A DNA stretch of 63,985 nucleotides, counting the filler, from Ionaspis alba (taxonomy: Eukaryota), in assembly GCA_964255285.1 (NCBI GenBank). It is 3 parts of 3 records of this genome, joined end to end, with 100 filler letters (N's around TTAATTAATTAA, not from the genome) between each part and the next. Parts side by side here need not be neighbours in the genome. Positions count along the whole stretch, not along the records: positions 44,759 to 63,985 come from CAXUUL010000272.1; 2 more parts are not named here. One strand, given 5' to 3'. Under the pieces are notes generated by a model. The model did no database searches. It saw only the letters and a list, made by a program, of their open reading frames with translations, and was not told the DNA's origin. Both the position numbers and the translations under genes were made by a program. Positions within the stretch are counted from its first letter, which is position 1; each line of letters begins with the position of its first letter. Below are positions 63,392 through 63,985 of this stretch, piece by piece.

Positions 63392-63985
63392 ATGCTCGAG
63401 TACCGCACCCAAGGCTTTAATGGCTACGCCGTAAAGTACTCTCCATTCTTCGATTCTCGTCTCGCCGTAGCCGCAAGCGCGAACTTCGGCCTCGTAGGAA
63501 ACGGACGGCTCTACGTCTTGGGCCTGACGCCCAAAGGCATAGTAGCGGAGAAATGGTACATTTCCCCTCTCAAAGCCGGCGGCCATAATGCTCCACAATT
63601 TGGACCAGATCGATGGCTGATTGGATCTTGCGACAGGTTCGACACCCAAGACGCTCTCTACGACGTCTCCTGGTCCGAAGCGCACGAGAACCAAGTCGTA
63701 GTAGCCGCCGGTGATGGCTCAATCAAGCTCTTCGACATCGCGCTGGACCAGTTCCCAGTCCAATCATGGCAGGAACATAAGCGGGAGGTTTTCGCCGTAT
63801 CGTGGAATCTAGTGGCGAAGGATACCTTCTGCTCGAGTTCCTGGGACGGATGTATCAAAATCGTGCGTGTCACCAGCACATTCCGCCCGGCACAAGCGCC
63901 GCTGAACTGCTTCTCATGATTCATGGGGCTATTCTGATACTCAAAACACAGTGGTCCCCCCACCGCCCCGAATCCCTCACAACCC
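63392..63985 (+). CDS. PEX7: Peroxisomal PTS2 receptor Pex7 (WD40), 3' end outside window
   Basis: MLEYRTQGFNGYAVKYSPFFDSRLAVAASANFGLVGNGRL, DALYDVSWSE, GDGSIKLFD, SSSWDG. Two introns are visible. Confidence 0.96.

Overview
Gene-dense, intron-containing genomic DNA from a filamentous ascomycete (Pezizomycotina-type GT-AG introns with CTRAC branch points, about 50% GC). It is not prokaryotic, so many ORFs in the six-frame track are exon fragments or antisense shadows. About 26 protein-coding genes can be reconstructed by eye. Most are conserved housekeeping genes: SERINC/TMS1, TOK1 K+ channel, ETF-alpha, SWI3/RSC8, RRN5-like, IRC3, BST1, a RING-H2 E3, a SIW14-family phosphatase, TatD, an aldo-keto reductase, NADP-GDH, NCL1/TRM4, a class II aldolase/adducin protein, MSS116, a JmjC protein, an AlkB-CUE-GRF protein and PEX7. 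Two accessory patches hold secreted BBE-like FAD oxidoreductases, one beside two PTH11-like membrane proteins and one beside an SDR. A degenerate tract after gdhA holds a 5'-truncated protein-kinase remnant. The window is three scaffolds joined by artificial N44-TTAATTAATTAA-N44 spacers and has five further 100-N gaps. I found no tRNA, rRNA, CRISPR array or intact transposon, and no clearly new biological system. The best leads are modest: the oxidase/receptor patch, a possible dual-frame NCL1 5' end, the kinase relic and orphan ORFs, and some regulatory and splicing details. Family calls come from recognised motifs, not database searches.
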